The notes under the pieces: generated by a model | The model's input: the letters and a program-made list of their open reading frames with translations, nothing else | Databases searched by the model: none | Told to the model about the DNA's origin: nothing | Shown: piece after piece, positions 19,933 through 29,838 of the stretch | Position numbering within the stretch: the first letter of the stretch is position 1 | Layout: every line of letters starts with the position of its first letter | Source of the DNA: Candidatus Latescibacterota bacterium | Lineage (GTDB): Bacteria > Latescibacterota > UBA2968 > UBA8231 | Assembly: GCA_965248265.1 (NCBI GenBank) | Contig: CBDFJF010000002.1 | Coordinates: 128,001-192,000 of the forward strand | DNA: 64,000 nucleotides | Direction of reading: 5' to 3' | Position numbers and translations under genes: made by a program

Positions 19933-20838
19933 TTACTGTGCGCCGGGCGCCGGCTTGGCCCTGACGCCGACGGCGGCCAGGAACTCCTCCAGGGACTGGC
20001 GCATGTGCGATACATCGCTCCAGTCCTTGAAGACGATCCCGAGGGTGTCCTCTACGGTCTGGGGATCCAGGTGCTCGCGGTGCAGGGCTACGAGGGCGCG
20101 AGCCCAGTCAAGGGTCTCGGCGATACCGGGCGTTTTCTCCAGCTTCTGCTGGCGGACCTTTTCCATGAAACGACAGATTTCGCTCGCCAACTCGGCATCG
20201 AGTCCATCCACCTTGCCGCGGACGATGGACAATTCCTTGTCGTAGTCGGGGTAGTCGATCCACAGATAAAAGCACCGTCGCCGGATGGCGTCGGAGAGCT
20301 CGCGAGTGCGGTTGCTGGTGATGATGACATGCGGGATGAAGGTGGCTTTGACGGTGCCCAGTTCGGGAATGGAGACCTGCCAGTCAGACAGCACTTCCAG
20401 TAGAAAGCTTTCGAACTCTTCGTCGGCACGGTCGAGCTCGTCGATGAGGAGGACGGGCGGGCAGTGATGGGTGATGGCGCGCAACAAGGGTCTCTTGAGC
20501 AGGAAGGCATCGCTGAAGATGGATGCCTCCTTGTCGGTCGTCGACATCTCCGTACGCTCGTCGATCTTCAACTGCAGCAGCTGTCGCTGGTAGTTCCACT
20601 CGTAGAGCGCAGTGCTGGTATCCAGTCCTTCGTAGCACTGCAGCCGGATCAACTCGGTGTCGAGTGCCTGCGACATCACCTTGGCGATCTCGGTCTTGCC
20701 GACTCCGGCGGGACCTTCGACGAGCAGAGGTTTCTTGAGTTGCCTGGCCAAGTGAACGGACATGGCCACTCCGGGTTCGGCCATGTAGTTCTGGCTCAGC
20801 AGCATCTCTTGAACTGCTGATACATCCGTATTGGTCAT
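19933..20838 (-). CDS. coxD: CoxD MoxR-family AAA+ ATPase
   Basis: Walker A GPAGVGKT, RLQCYEG, Walker B LLIDELD, TSNRTRELSDA. Confidence 0.9.
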   Translation of the reverse strand: MTNTDVSAVQEMLLSQNYMAEPGVAMSVHLARQLKKPLLVEGPAGVGKTEIAKVMSQALDTELIRLQCYEGLDTSTALYEWNYQRQLLQLKIDERTEMSTTDKEASIFSDAFLLKRPLLRAITHHCPPVLLIDELDRADEEFESFLLEVLSDWQVSIPELGTVKATFIPHVIITSNRTRELSDAIRRRCFYLWIDYPDYDKELSIVRGKVDGLDAELASEICRFMEKVRQQKLEKTPGIAETLDWARALVALHREHLDPQTVEDTLGIVFKDWSDVSHMRQSLEEFLAAVGVRAKPAPGAQ

Positions 20839-20904
20839 GGCGTTAGAATATGCTCGGGGGCCAATCGGGGGCAAGAATCCAGGCGGGATGTATATTAACA
20901 CTCC

Positions 20905-20940
20905 TCAATCGCGTTCAAACTTCAATCGCGTTCAAACTTC
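20905..20940. repeat. Exact 17-bp tandem duplication TCAATCGCGTTCAAACT x2
   Basis: Read directly, in the coxD/moaA divergent intergenic region. Confidence 0.9.
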
Positions 20941-20959
20941 CCGATTCCGGATTTCGACG

Positions 20960-22006
20960 ATGGCCCATCCCGGGGCGCTTCCGAGCGCGGCGACAGACCA
21001 ATGGCGCAGACCACTGAAGAGCCTGCGCATTTCCGTTATCGATCGCTGTGATCTGCGTTGCGCCTATTGCATGCCGGAAGAGGACTACGTCTGGCTTCCC
21101 AACCAGGACATCCTGACCTTCGATGAAATCAACCGGCTGGTCGATGCCTTTATAGTTGCCGGCGTTACCAAGGTTCGTCTGACCGGGGGTGAGCCGCTGC
21201 TGCGCGGCAGCCTGGTGGACCTGGTCTCCTCATTGGCACAAAAGGAAGATCTCGAGGACCTGGCGCTGACGACGAACGGGACGCAGCTGTTGAAGTGGGC
21301 CGGACCGCTCGCCGAAGCAGGGTTGAAACGGGTCACCGTCAGCCTGGATTCGCTCAATCCGGCACGACTTGAGACACTGACTCGCCGGGCGGTGCTGGAT
21401 AGCGTGGTCGGCGGGATTCGCGAGGCGGGCAGGGTGGGGTTCTCCGAAGTAAAGCTGAACACCGTGGTCATGCGCCACTTCAACGACGATGAAATCATCG
21501 ACTTCATCGAATTCGGCAAGGAGGTAGGAGCCGAGGTCCGTTTCATCGAGTACATGGACGTCGGCGGCGCCACCCTGTGGTCGATGGAGCGGGTGTTCTC
21601 GAAGGCTGACATGCTCGCCTGCATCGAAGATCACTTTGGTCCAGCCCAGCCGCAGAGCCAGCGCGGGGCGGCTCCGGCCGAGCGCTATCGTCTTGCGGAT
21701 GGCACCGGGTTCGGCATCATCGCTTCGACGACCGAGCCTTTCTGCCGCACCTGCGACCGCAGCCGATTGACGGCCGACGGGATGTGGTACCTGTGCCTGT
21801 ACGGTGCTGCCGGCATCAATCTGCGCGATCAGGTTCGCGACGGACTTACAGACGCCGATCTGGTCGCCATGATTCGCCGACTCTGGGGTGATCGCGATGA
21901 TCTTGGTGCGGAAGAGCGCCATGCCGATCCGGCACGGGGCGTGCTCTACCAGGCGGATCAGCTCAGAGAGGACCCACACAAGGAAATGCACACCCGAGGG
22001 GGGTGA
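20960..22006 (+). CDS. moaA: GTP 3',8-cyclase MoaA
   Basis: LRISVIDRCDLRCAYC, RLTGGEP, FCRTCDR...LCL, C-terminal GG. Confidence 0.93.
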   Translation: MAHPGALPSAATDQWRRPLKSLRISVIDRCDLRCAYCMPEEDYVWLPNQDILTFDEINRLVDAFIVAGVTKVRLTGGEPLLRGSLVDLVSSLAQKEDLEDLALTTNGTQLLKWAGPLAEAGLKRVTVSLDSLNPARLETLTRRAVLDSVVGGIREAGRVGFSEVKLNTVVMRHFNDDEIIDFIEFGKEVGAEVRFIEYMDVGGATLWSMERVFSKADMLACIEDHFGPAQPQSQRGAAPAERYRLADGTGFGIIASTTEPFCRTCDRSRLTADGMWYLCLYGAAGINLRDQVRDGLTDADLVAMIRRLWGDRDDLGAEERHADPARGVLYQADQLREDPHKEMHTRGG

Positions 22007-22023
22007 GGAGGGAGGAGGGTAGA

Positions 22024-24330
22024 ATGGACTACAACGGCGCCAGACGCTTTCTGGACACCCTGCCGGATTGGGAAGCGGGCAATCCCCACCCGGGTGCCGT
22101 GGAAGACTATCTGCCGCGGACACGGGCACTGCTGGGCTGTCTCGGTGATCCACAACTCCGCTTTCGCACCCTCCTCGTCGGCGGCACCAACGGCAAGGGC
22201 ACGGTCTGCAGTCTGGCCGCCGGCCTGCTGCAGGATGCAGGCTACCGAGCCGGGCTCTTCACCTCTCCCCATTTACACACACTGCGCGAGCGGATTCAGA
22301 TAGACGGTCAGTTGTTGAGCAAGGATTTGTGGGCTGAGGGTGTCTCAACCCTGTTCGATCGCAGCCGCTCCCTTAGCTACACCAACGCCAAAGGCTCGTT
22401 CTCGAAATTTGAGGCCCTGACGGTGCTGGCGGCGCATCTATTCGCATCGCAGGAGGTGGAGATCGCCGTGTTCGAGGTCGGTTTGGGCGGACGCTACGAT
22501 GCGACCAACGCGTGGGATGCCGATACCTCCGTACTCACCTCGATATCCCTCGACCACACCGCCATTCTCGGGAATGATCTGCCCTCCATCGCCGCGGAGA
22601 AGCTGTGCATAGCGCGTCCACATCGCACGCTGCTGACGACCTCGCAGCAGTCGCCGGAGGTAGCGGAGTTTCTACAGCGCGAGTGTGATCAACGGCAAAT
22701 CTCACTGCTGGTCGCCGGCGACGACGGTGTCGAGGTCAATACGATAGATCGTACGAACGGGCGACGGCACAGGCCGTACCGGTGGAATCCGCTAAATACT
22801 GTAGCAAAACCGGCAGCAAAACAGGTCGCACGCCCACGCAGTTACTCCGACAACGCTCGCCTGGCCATAGCTGCTGTCGAAGAGATACTCCCGCATGAGC
22901 GTGTGCCCTCATCCGAACGGGTGAAGCAGCTTGTCGAGGATCATCGCTGGCCCGGTCGCTTCGAAGTGGCGGGGGAGGACGACGAGGAGCCGCTTGTCCT
23001 GGACGGCGCTCATAATCCGGCCGCTGCTGCCGCACTGACCGAGGATTTGAGAGCGCTCAAGCCAGGTGAGTGGATCTTGATCGTAGGTGTCAATGCAGGG
23101 CATGACGCACAAGGCATACTGAAGGCGTTGTCATCGTGTGCGCGCCGGTTAATCCTCACGGCATCCGATCATCCCAAGGCGATGTCGACGAAGAAGCTGC
23201 GCGACCTGGTCCCGGCCGGGGTGCCGGTCGGCGAGTCCGCCAACATCATCGACGCCATCGACTCAGTCGCCGAAGACGGCAGTCCCGTGTGCATAACCGG
23301 TTCGCTCAATCTGGTGGCACGAGCACGCGAGTACCTGAACCTGCGTTTCGAACGCGAAGGCATCTCAGAAGAGGTGGCGCTGGAGAGTCTGGTGTGCGTC
23401 GAGGCCGCGTGCCGCAACGTTGGACTCAAGAGTGAACGCGCCTCTGAAAACGGCAACGTGCTGCGCGTGCTGGCGCCGTGGGGTCCAGCCTATTTTCTGC
23501 GCAACAAGCATCCGTTTAACGACTATGTGTCGGCTCGTCTGGCCGAAGACAAGGGCTACCAGCACGAGCTGTTTGCTCAAGGCGGGGTGCCCGCGCCCCA
23601 GACACTGCAGCTGTTCAACCCTTACGCGGATGATCGCTTTAACCGTTATAAAACCCATCGGTCAATTAGCGCCATGGTCGACTATGTCGAGGAGCATCTA
23701 GATTATCAGGTGGTGGTCAAGAAGTACCGCAGCTCTGTTTCACAGGGGGTCTATCTCGAGCGCAACGGCGAGGCGTTGGCCAATCGTTTGCAGAGTCTGT
23801 TCGAGCACAGCAGCTTTCTGGACAACACGGTGATGATCCAGGAATACGTCAGCGGTCCTGAGCTTCGCATCGTCGCGAGTCAGGGTGAACTATTGCTGGC
23901 GTATGAGAAGCAGGGTGACGGTACGGATGCCGGTGACGATCTGAATCCGCTTCACGGCTCCACCGGGGTGGCTGTAAGGGTAGAAGACGACGGCATCCTG
24001 AATGAACTCTCAACGGTCTGTGAGCGCATCCACTCGGTATTGGCTCTGGGCTTTTACGCCGTCGATTTGATCTGGCGGCAGGGGCCGGTGGTGCTGGAAC
24101 TGAACCCGAATCCGTTCTGCTACTTCTACAACCTCGCCAACGGGCGGGCAGAGTTCGTGCAGATCTATGAACGTCTGCTGAATCGCTTCCTCGGGGCATA
24201 TAGTGGTTCTGAAGTTGGTCAAAAGGAGCACGCGCAACTAGTATATTATACAGGTGGTTATGATGCTTCATCAGCAAAATCTCAACCTTCGCTGAAAACT
24301 GCCGATGGTAAAAACGGATCTGGTGTGTAA
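22024..24330 (+). CDS. FolC (dihydrofolate/folylpolyglutamate synthase) fused to a C-terminal RimK-like ATP-grasp domain
   Basis: GTNGKG, FTSPHL, EVGLGGRYDATN, SLDH, WPGRFE, DGAHN, TGSL; then AEDK, VVVKK..S.SQGV, IQEYV, AVDL, LELNPNP. Confidence 0.85.
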   Translation: MDYNGARRFLDTLPDWEAGNPHPGAVEDYLPRTRALLGCLGDPQLRFRTLLVGGTNGKGTVCSLAAGLLQDAGYRAGLFTSPHLHTLRERIQIDGQLLSKDLWAEGVSTLFDRSRSLSYTNAKGSFSKFEALTVLAAHLFASQEVEIAVFEVGLGGRYDATNAWDADTSVLTSISLDHTAILGNDLPSIAAEKLCIARPHRTLLTTSQQSPEVAEFLQRECDQRQISLLVAGDDGVEVNTIDRTNGRRHRPYRWNPLNTVAKPAAKQVARPRSYSDNARLAIAAVEEILPHERVPSSERVKQLVEDHRWPGRFEVAGEDDEEPLVLDGAHNPAAAAALTEDLRALKPGEWILIVGVNAGHDAQGILKALSSCARRLILTASDHPKAMSTKKLRDLVPAGVPVGESANIIDAIDSVAEDGSPVCITGSLNLVARAREYLNLRFEREGISEEVALESLVCVEAACRNVGLKSERASENGNVLRVLAPWGPAYFLRNKHPFNDYVSARLAEDKGYQHELFAQGGVPAPQTLQLFNPYADDRFNRYKTHRSISAMVDYVEEHLDYQVVVKKYRSSVSQGVYLERNGEALANRLQSLFEHSSFLDNTVMIQEYVSGPELRIVASQGELLLAYEKQGDGTDAGDDLNPLHGSTGVAVRVEDDGILNELSTVCERIHSVLALGFYAVDLIWRQGPVVLELNPNPFCYFYNLANGRAEFVQIYERLLNRFLGAYSGSEVGQKEHAQLVYYTGGYDASSAKSQPSLKTADGKNGSGV

Positions 24331-24425
24331 TCGGTGTGGGATGGATGCAAACACACCGGCTCCTACCTCCTAATCCTCCTTAGGGTAGCCCCCTGTCGTC
24401 ACGCCTGACGACCGGGGGCAATTTT

Positions 24426-24984
24426 TTACAGGATACCGTAGCGATCGAAGACGACCCGGGGAGAATCGCCGGCCTCGAGATCTCGCCGGACGGTATTCTC
24501 GCCCTCCAGTTTTTCGAGAGAGCGGCGCAGGACCTCAGCGCCAATATCCTGCGGAATCGCCACGACCCCCTCGACGTCGGCGAGGATGAAATCACCCGGG
24601 CTGATGCTCACGCAACCGCACTCAATTGGTACGTTGACGGCCGACGGCAGGCAACGGCCGTGTGAGTCGAGTGGCGAATACCCCCGGCTGAAACAGGCGA
24701 AGCCCATGTCGTTCATCTCACGGACGTCTCGCACTAAACCATCGGTAACGACGGCATGGACGCCGCGAGCCTGGGCCGCCGTCGACAACAGTCCACCCCA
24801 CAGACCCGACCTCCGCTCGCCGTTGGTGGCGATGACGACGACATCACCTGGTTGCATGTGATTCATAGGCCTCGTTAGCGTGGGCGTCGAGGGTGAGTGC
24901 GCGTCCGGCGACCTGCTGCCCTTCCTGGGCGGGACGCACGCCGCTGTCCATGGCCTGCTCGCGGTAGCCGATCTTGTCCATCAT
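24426..24984 (-). pseudogene. RraA/HMG-aldolase-family gene, split by a frameshift or deletion
   Basis: N-terminal part MMDKIGYREQAM...VAGRALT ends at a TGA, while PGDVVVI..WGGLL..DGLVRD..PGD.I.AD.EGV continues in another frame near 24866. Confidence 0.7.
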
Positions 24985-25024
24985 GATGTGCCTCTCGATC
25001 GTGCGGTGAAGGGTCAGGGGAGTT

Positions 25025-26167
25025 CTATGAATCCTGCTCGTGATGACGGGTCGACGGTAGAAACAGGGCGAGCAGACCGGTTGGAAGTGTCAGGCAGGCC
25101 ACACCCGCCAGGGTCGGGACTATGCCGACCATATCGGCAACGTAGCCGATGGGACCGTAGGCCAGACTGGCCAGACTCCAGGAAAAGCCCAGAGTGAGAC
25201 TGGAGGCGAGTCCGGAATTCTGCGGTGCGATCTCTTGGGCCATGGAAATGGTCAGGGGATTGGATGATAACACGAGAAAACCGCCAAACGCCAGCAGCAG
25301 GTAGTGCGAGAGTCCGTCGGCGTAGAGCGATGCCACGAGTACGGGGCCCGACAACAGAATGGAGCCCCAGATCAACGGTTTGGCGTGGTAGCGGTCGGCG
25401 AGGTAACCGGCGAGCAGGCTGCCGCACACACCGGCCAGGCTATAGACGCCCAGCGGGATGCCGACATAGGCGCTGCTGAGCCCGCGCTGGTCCGCCAGGA
25501 TCGGCAAGAAGATGCCCATTCCCATGGCGGTGATCGTTCGCATGAAGGCGACGGCCGTCACCAGCATCAACGGCCGTACGCGACCGCGCAATACGTCGCG
25601 AATCGACTGCCCTCGAGTCGTGACCTGCGGGTTGTCAAGGGGGACGAAGCGCAGGAGCAACAGCGCGAAGACGACTCCAAACGGCATCAGGACGGGCAAC
25701 CAGTGCAGTCCCAGGCGGTCGGCAAAGTAGGGTGCCCACCAGGGTGTGAGACCGATGCCGAGGGTGCCGCCGAACACGAAGACGGATATGCCAAAGGAGC
25801 GCCGCGGCTGGCTCAACTCTCCCACCAGGGAGAACACCTGGGGATGAAAGGCGGCGACGCCAATCCCACCCAGAAACAAGATCACCAGCAACATGGGGTA
25901 GGTGTTCGCCACGCCCATCAGCGGCATGACACTGGCCAGCACCAAACCACCGATGACCAGGCGGCGCCTCTTCATGCGGTCGCCCCAGACTCCCATGAAG
26001 GGCTGAGTGAAGCTGGTGATGCTGAAGAAGGAGGCGAGCAATCCCGCCGCCGCCAGGTTCAACCCCATCTTCGCCATCATCAGCGGCAGCAGGGGGGCCA
26101 GCAGGGTGGCGTAGGTGTCGACGCAGAAGTGCGACGCAGTTACGACGAGGAGTTTAGACTTCTGCAT
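25025..26167 (-). CDS. MFS transporter (Fsr-like)
   Basis: HFCVD, QPFMG..GDR, AAFHP, many hydrophobic segments. Confidence 0.88.
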   Translation of the reverse strand: MQKSKLLVVTASHFCVDTYATLLAPLLPLMMAKMGLNLAAAGLLASFFSITSFTQPFMGVWGDRMKRRRLVIGGLVLASVMPLMGVANTYPMLLVILFLGGIGVAAFHPQVFSLVGELSQPRRSFGISVFVFGGTLGIGLTPWWAPYFADRLGLHWLPVLMPFGVVFALLLLRFVPLDNPQVTTRGQSIRDVLRGRVRPLMLVTAVAFMRTITAMGMGIFLPILADQRGLSSAYVGIPLGVYSLAGVCGSLLAGYLADRYHAKPLIWGSILLSGPVLVASLYADGLSHYLLLAFGGFLVLSSNPLTISMAQEIAPQNSGLASSLTLGFSWSLASLAYGPIGYVADMVGIVPTLAGVACLTLPTGLLALFLPSTRHHEQDS

Positions 26168-26208
26168 CGAGAGATCCTAGCGTTGTTTTGCGGCAGGCTC
26201 GCACATAA

Positions 26209-26242
26209 ATGGGGTGTCCGCCCGATGACGGACACCCCAATT
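26209..26242. terminator. Hairpin between the FAH and MFS genes
   Basis: TGGGGTGTCCG...CGGACACCCCA inverted repeat. Confidence 0.55.
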
Positions 26243-26283
26243 GTATGTACTGCCGTCCGTACTGTAGCTACTAGAGGGTGAGT

Positions 26284-27267
26284 CTACTTCTTGCTCTTGG
26301 CCAGCTTGTTGCGCAGCGTACCGATGCCGGAGATTTCGACCTCTACGACGTCACCCTTCTTCATGTAGGTGCCGGTCGTGGCGCCCACTCCAGAAATTGT
26401 CCCGGTGCTGATCATGTCGCCCGGCTCGAGGGTCAGGAATGCCGAGATGTAGGCGATGATGTTGGCGACCGGGGTCAGCATCTGGCCGGTGTTGTTGTGC
26501 TGTTTGCGCACACCGTTGATGTAGGTGCTGATGTCGAGGGTCTGCGGGTTGCGGATCTCATCGGTGGTGACGATCCAGGGACCCTGCGGCGCGAATGAAT
26601 CCAGCCACTTGCCGTTGAGCCAGTCGAACCAGGAATCCTTGGGCCGGGGATCTGAACGCTTCTTCACCTGGAGCTTGCGCTCCGACACGTCATTCATGCA
26701 GGTATAGCCGGCCACGTACTTCAAGGCATCCTTAGCCTTCACGCCCTTGGCCTTACGGCCGATGATGACGGCCAGCTCACCTTCCCAGTCGACGGTGCGG
26801 GCGATGGGCGAGATCAGTATCGAGTCGCCAGGGCCGGTTACCGTCGTCGTCGGCGGTTTCATGAACACGTAGGGTGTCTCGTAGTCCTGGGCGACCATCT
26901 TGCGGCCACCCTCCTCGAGATGGTCCTGGTAGTTGCCGGCCAGACACAGCAGCTTGCGGGGATTGGGGTTGGGGGCGAGCAACCGCACACGACTGAGATT
27001 GTGGGTGGCCTTGCCGTCGGCCTTCGGCTTGGCGCCCAGTTTGCCCTCGGCGGCACGAACCGCCTTGCGGGCCGCGGCCATGCCCTTGTTGCCGGCCTCG
27101 AGCAGGGACAGCATGTCCGTGAAGAAATCGTGTGACTTGCGCTTCTCCTTGCGAGCCAGAGCGCGATCGGCACTGACGAGGTCGACGACGATCTTGTCAC
27201 CGGCTATGACCGCACCAACCTGGGGATTGCCCTGCTTTACTTTGTAGGTGACCAATTTCATTGTCAC
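26284..27267 (-). CDS. Fumarylacetoacetate hydrolase-family protein
   Basis: AGNY..H, DWEGEL, NDVSER, GK..D.FAP.GP, LEPGD.I.TGT. Confidence 0.9.
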   Translation of the reverse strand: MTMKLVTYKVKQGNPQVGAVIAGDKIVVDLVSADRALARKEKRKSHDFFTDMLSLLEAGNKGMAAARKAVRAAEGKLGAKPKADGKATHNLSRVRLLAPNPNPRKLLCLAGNYQDHLEEGGRKMVAQDYETPYVFMKPPTTTVTGPGDSILISPIARTVDWEGELAVIIGRKAKGVKAKDALKYVAGYTCMNDVSERKLQVKKRSDPRPKDSWFDWLNGKWLDSFAPQGPWIVTTDEIRNPQTLDISTYINGVRKQHNNTGQMLTPVANIIAYISAFLTLEPGDMISTGTISGVGATTGTYMKKGDVVEVEISGIGTLRNKLAKSKK

Positions 27268-27365
27268 GAACTCCTTCGAGATGTTGGGTTGGGGTGTTCC
27301 AGAAGACGAGCTTCCATCGATTGGCGACTGCCTGAATGAGCGCCTATCCTTCTATTTTGACAATT

Positions 27366-27395
27366 CGATTAACACCGATTAACACCGACCAACAC
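27366..27395. repeat. 10-bp tandem repeat CGATTAACAC x2 plus CGACCAACAC
   Basis: Read directly, in a divergent promoter region. Confidence 0.85.
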
Positions 27396-27447
27396 CAAAG
27401 CCAGGTGGCAGCCACAGGGACCGAATGGTGAAGAGACTGAGTTGACG

Positions 27448-28044
27448 ATGTCTGATAGCGATTATTTCGTTCATGAAAGTGCCCGCGTCGACACGCCCTG
27501 CGAGATCGGCTCCGGCACCAAGATCTGGCATTTCTCCCATGTCATGGCCGGTGTCAGCATCGGCCACAGCTGTAATCTGGGTCAAAATGTCTACATCGAT
27601 GCCGATGTGGAAATCGGGAATCGCTGCAAGATCCAGAACAACGTCTCCGTATACAAGGGGGTCATTCTGGAGGACGGGGTGTTCTGCGGGCCTTCCGCCG
27701 TGTTCACGAATGTAATCAATCCGCGTGCCTTCATCGAACGCAAGGACGAATTCAAGCCGACGAGGGTCGGGCGGGGGGCCACGCTGGGGGCCAACTGCAC
27801 AATCCTGTGTGGCAGCACGATCGGCAACTTCGCCATGATCGGCGCCGGAGCGGTAGTCACGACTGACGTACCAGACTTCGCACTGGTGTACGGGGTGCCG
27901 GCACGTCAGCGCGGATGGATCTGCGTCTGTGGGATCGGACTGCCGGCGGCATCGGGGGAGGCCGAATTGCAGTGTTCGGCGTGTCAGCGGCAGTACCGGC
28001 TCGCCACCGATGAGCTGCAGGCCCTGGCTGACGTCGAAATCTAG
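27448..28044 (+). CDS. WbpD-like hexapeptide-repeat N-acetyltransferase
   Basis: [35 protein letters not shown]-terminal CxC/CxxC. Confidence 0.88.
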   Translation: MSDSDYFVHESARVDTPCEIGSGTKIWHFSHVMAGVSIGHSCNLGQNVYIDADVEIGNRCKIQNNVSVYKGVILEDGVFCGPSAVFTNVINPRAFIERKDEFKPTRVGRGATLGANCTILCGSTIGNFAMIGAGAVVTTDVPDFALVYGVPARQRGWICVCGIGLPAASGEAELQCSACQRQYRLATDELQALADVEI

Positions 28045-28050
28045 TAGCCG

Positions 28051-28914
28051 TCAGCCGGTCGGAAATGACAGCGGGAATGTCGGTTCCTGCGCTTGATGCC
28101 GGGTGCGCGGTTCGATCTTCATCTCGTGGTACTCCTCGACGAATTGCGCCAGGTTCCGTGACGCTTCCTCGAAGACCAGCTTGCCCTTCTCCGCCGTAGC
28201 TTTCTCCGCTTCGCCCATCACGCCCGTGTCAGTGTACTGACTGGTCCATTCGACCAGTCCCATCGGGCCGCAGCCGTACAGGTCCATCCAGAGGAACTTG
28301 GATCCCCGTTTGTTGGTCTTGGCGATCTCGCTCTTGATGCGGTCCTCTCTCACACTCTCGGGGGCCAAGTGCAACATCATCGAGGTCTCCAGCTCTCCCG
28401 CGTGGGCGACGCCGCCCGGGAAGACACTCTCCCGCCACTGCTTCTCGAAGTCGGGATTCACCGACAACAGCTGCCACCAGCTGCAGAACACGCAACTGGC
28501 ATCGGTCTCGACGATCAAACGCCGGGAGACGGTCTCGACGAGATTGTGGTTGGAGCCGTGACCGTTGACGATGATGATTTTCTTGAAGCCGTGATAGGCC
28601 AGACTCTTGCAGATGTCCAAACAGTACTGAATGAAGTGTTCGTGATGGATGTTCAGGGATCCCGGGAAATCCATCACATGATGGACGTAACCATAACTCA
28701 CCGGCGGCAGCACCAGGCTTAGCTCCGGGCTAAGCCTGGCGGCCTCCGAGGCGACGGCATTAGCGCACAGGTGGTCGACCTTCAAGGGCAGGTGGTGGCC
28801 GTGTTGTTCGACCGACCCGGTCGGCAGGATCGGGATCTTGCCCATGGCCACGGCCTCGTTGACTTCGGGCCAGGTGAGTTCGTCAAAGCGGTAGATCTTC
28901 TCAACGGATGACAT
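28051..28914 (-). CDS. Creatininase/amidohydrolase-family protein
   Basis: GSVEQHGHHLP..D, NGHGSN, HAGELETS. Confidence 0.9.
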   Translation of the reverse strand: MSSVEKIYRFDELTWPEVNEAVAMGKIPILPTGSVEQHGHHLPLKVDHLCANAVASEAARLSPELSLVLPPVSYGYVHHVMDFPGSLNIHHEHFIQYCLDICKSLAYHGFKKIIIVNGHGSNHNLVETVSRRLIVETDASCVFCSWWQLLSVNPDFEKQWRESVFPGGVAHAGELETSMMLHLAPESVREDRIKSEIAKTNKRGSKFLWMDLYGCGPMGLVEWTSQYTDTGVMGEAEKATAEKGKLVFEEASRNLAQFVEEYHEMKIEPRTRHQAQEPTFPLSFPTG

Positions 28915-28943
28915 GCGAAATCTTTCTCCCGAAATCAGGTGAG

Positions 28944-29618
28944 TTAGTCAGTTGAGTCATAGGCCAGCGGATCGTCGGCGTCGTTGGCCTTGAAGGCCGT
29001 CAGGCGTTCGACACAGGCATCACATTGCCCACAGGCAGGCCGCCGGCCGGCGTAGCAGGTGTGGGTGAGCTCATAGGGGACGCCCAGCTGCAAGCCGAGG
29101 GCGATCACTTCCGACTTCCATTTGTCGACGAACGGCGTGTGCAAGCGCACGGCTCTATCGTTGCATCCGCCAAGCTGCAGTGTGGTCTCGAGGGCATCGT
29201 AGAACTCGCGTCGACAATCGCGATAGGCCTCGTAGTCATCGCGCACCGGGGCGATGTAGATGTCGGCGATGTGATGAGTTTCGGCATAGGCGGCGGCGGC
29301 TGTGACGAACAGGAGATTGCGGAACGGCACTACCGTGGCGGCCTGTCGCCGGTCCGTGGCCGCGGGTACCTGAACCGTGGGGTCGGTGAGGGGGTTTCCG
29401 GCCAATAATGAGAGGTCCAACTGTAAGGTTTGGTGACTGTGCGCCGCGCAGCGGGTAGCCAGTTGCGCAGCGTAGTCGATCTCCACGCGATGACGTTGCC
29501 CGTAGTCGATGCTGACGGCGTGCACGTCCACATCCGGCTGCTGGTCGCGCAGCCACCAGAGGCAGGTAGCCGAATCCATGCCACCACTTAATAGTAGTAC
29601 AGCGGACGGGATGCTCAT
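28944..29618 (-). CDS. queC: 7-cyano-7-deazaguanine synthase
   Basis: LSGGMDS, YGQRH, VPFRN, YRDCR, TCY...CGQCDAC. Confidence 0.92.
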   Translation of the reverse strand: MSIPSAVLLLSGGMDSATCLWWLRDQQPDVDVHAVSIDYGQRHRVEIDYAAQLATRCAAHSHQTLQLDLSLLAGNPLTDPTVQVPAATDRRQAATVVPFRNLLFVTAAAAYAETHHIADIYIAPVRDDYEAYRDCRREFYDALETTLQLGGCNDRAVRLHTPFVDKWKSEVIALGLQLGVPYELTHTCYAGRRPACGQCDACVERLTAFKANDADDPLAYDSTD

Positions 29619-29838
29619 GGAACTCTGCTGGTGCGGTCGGAGTTAAGGTATAGAGGCCTGTTGCGGAACTACGTGATCGAACTCTCCGGACACTAGCGGG
29701 AGGAGGCGGATGTGTCAACAATGCAGCGTTGGCGCGTCTTGCTTGACATGCTTTTGAGTGGACGGTTACGTTGACGAGTTGACCGCAGGCGGAGCAGAGC
29801 ACGATGATAGAAACATGATAGAAACACGGCAATAGCCA

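Noticed and set aside
22024-24330. Cyanophycin synthetase
   Set aside because: Domain order is reversed, FolC-specific motifs are present, and there is no CphA N-domain or cphB.
29619-29838. preQ1 riboswitch upstream of queC
   Set aside because: No recognisable preQ1 stem-loop with an A-rich tail by eye; an Rfam scan would settle it.
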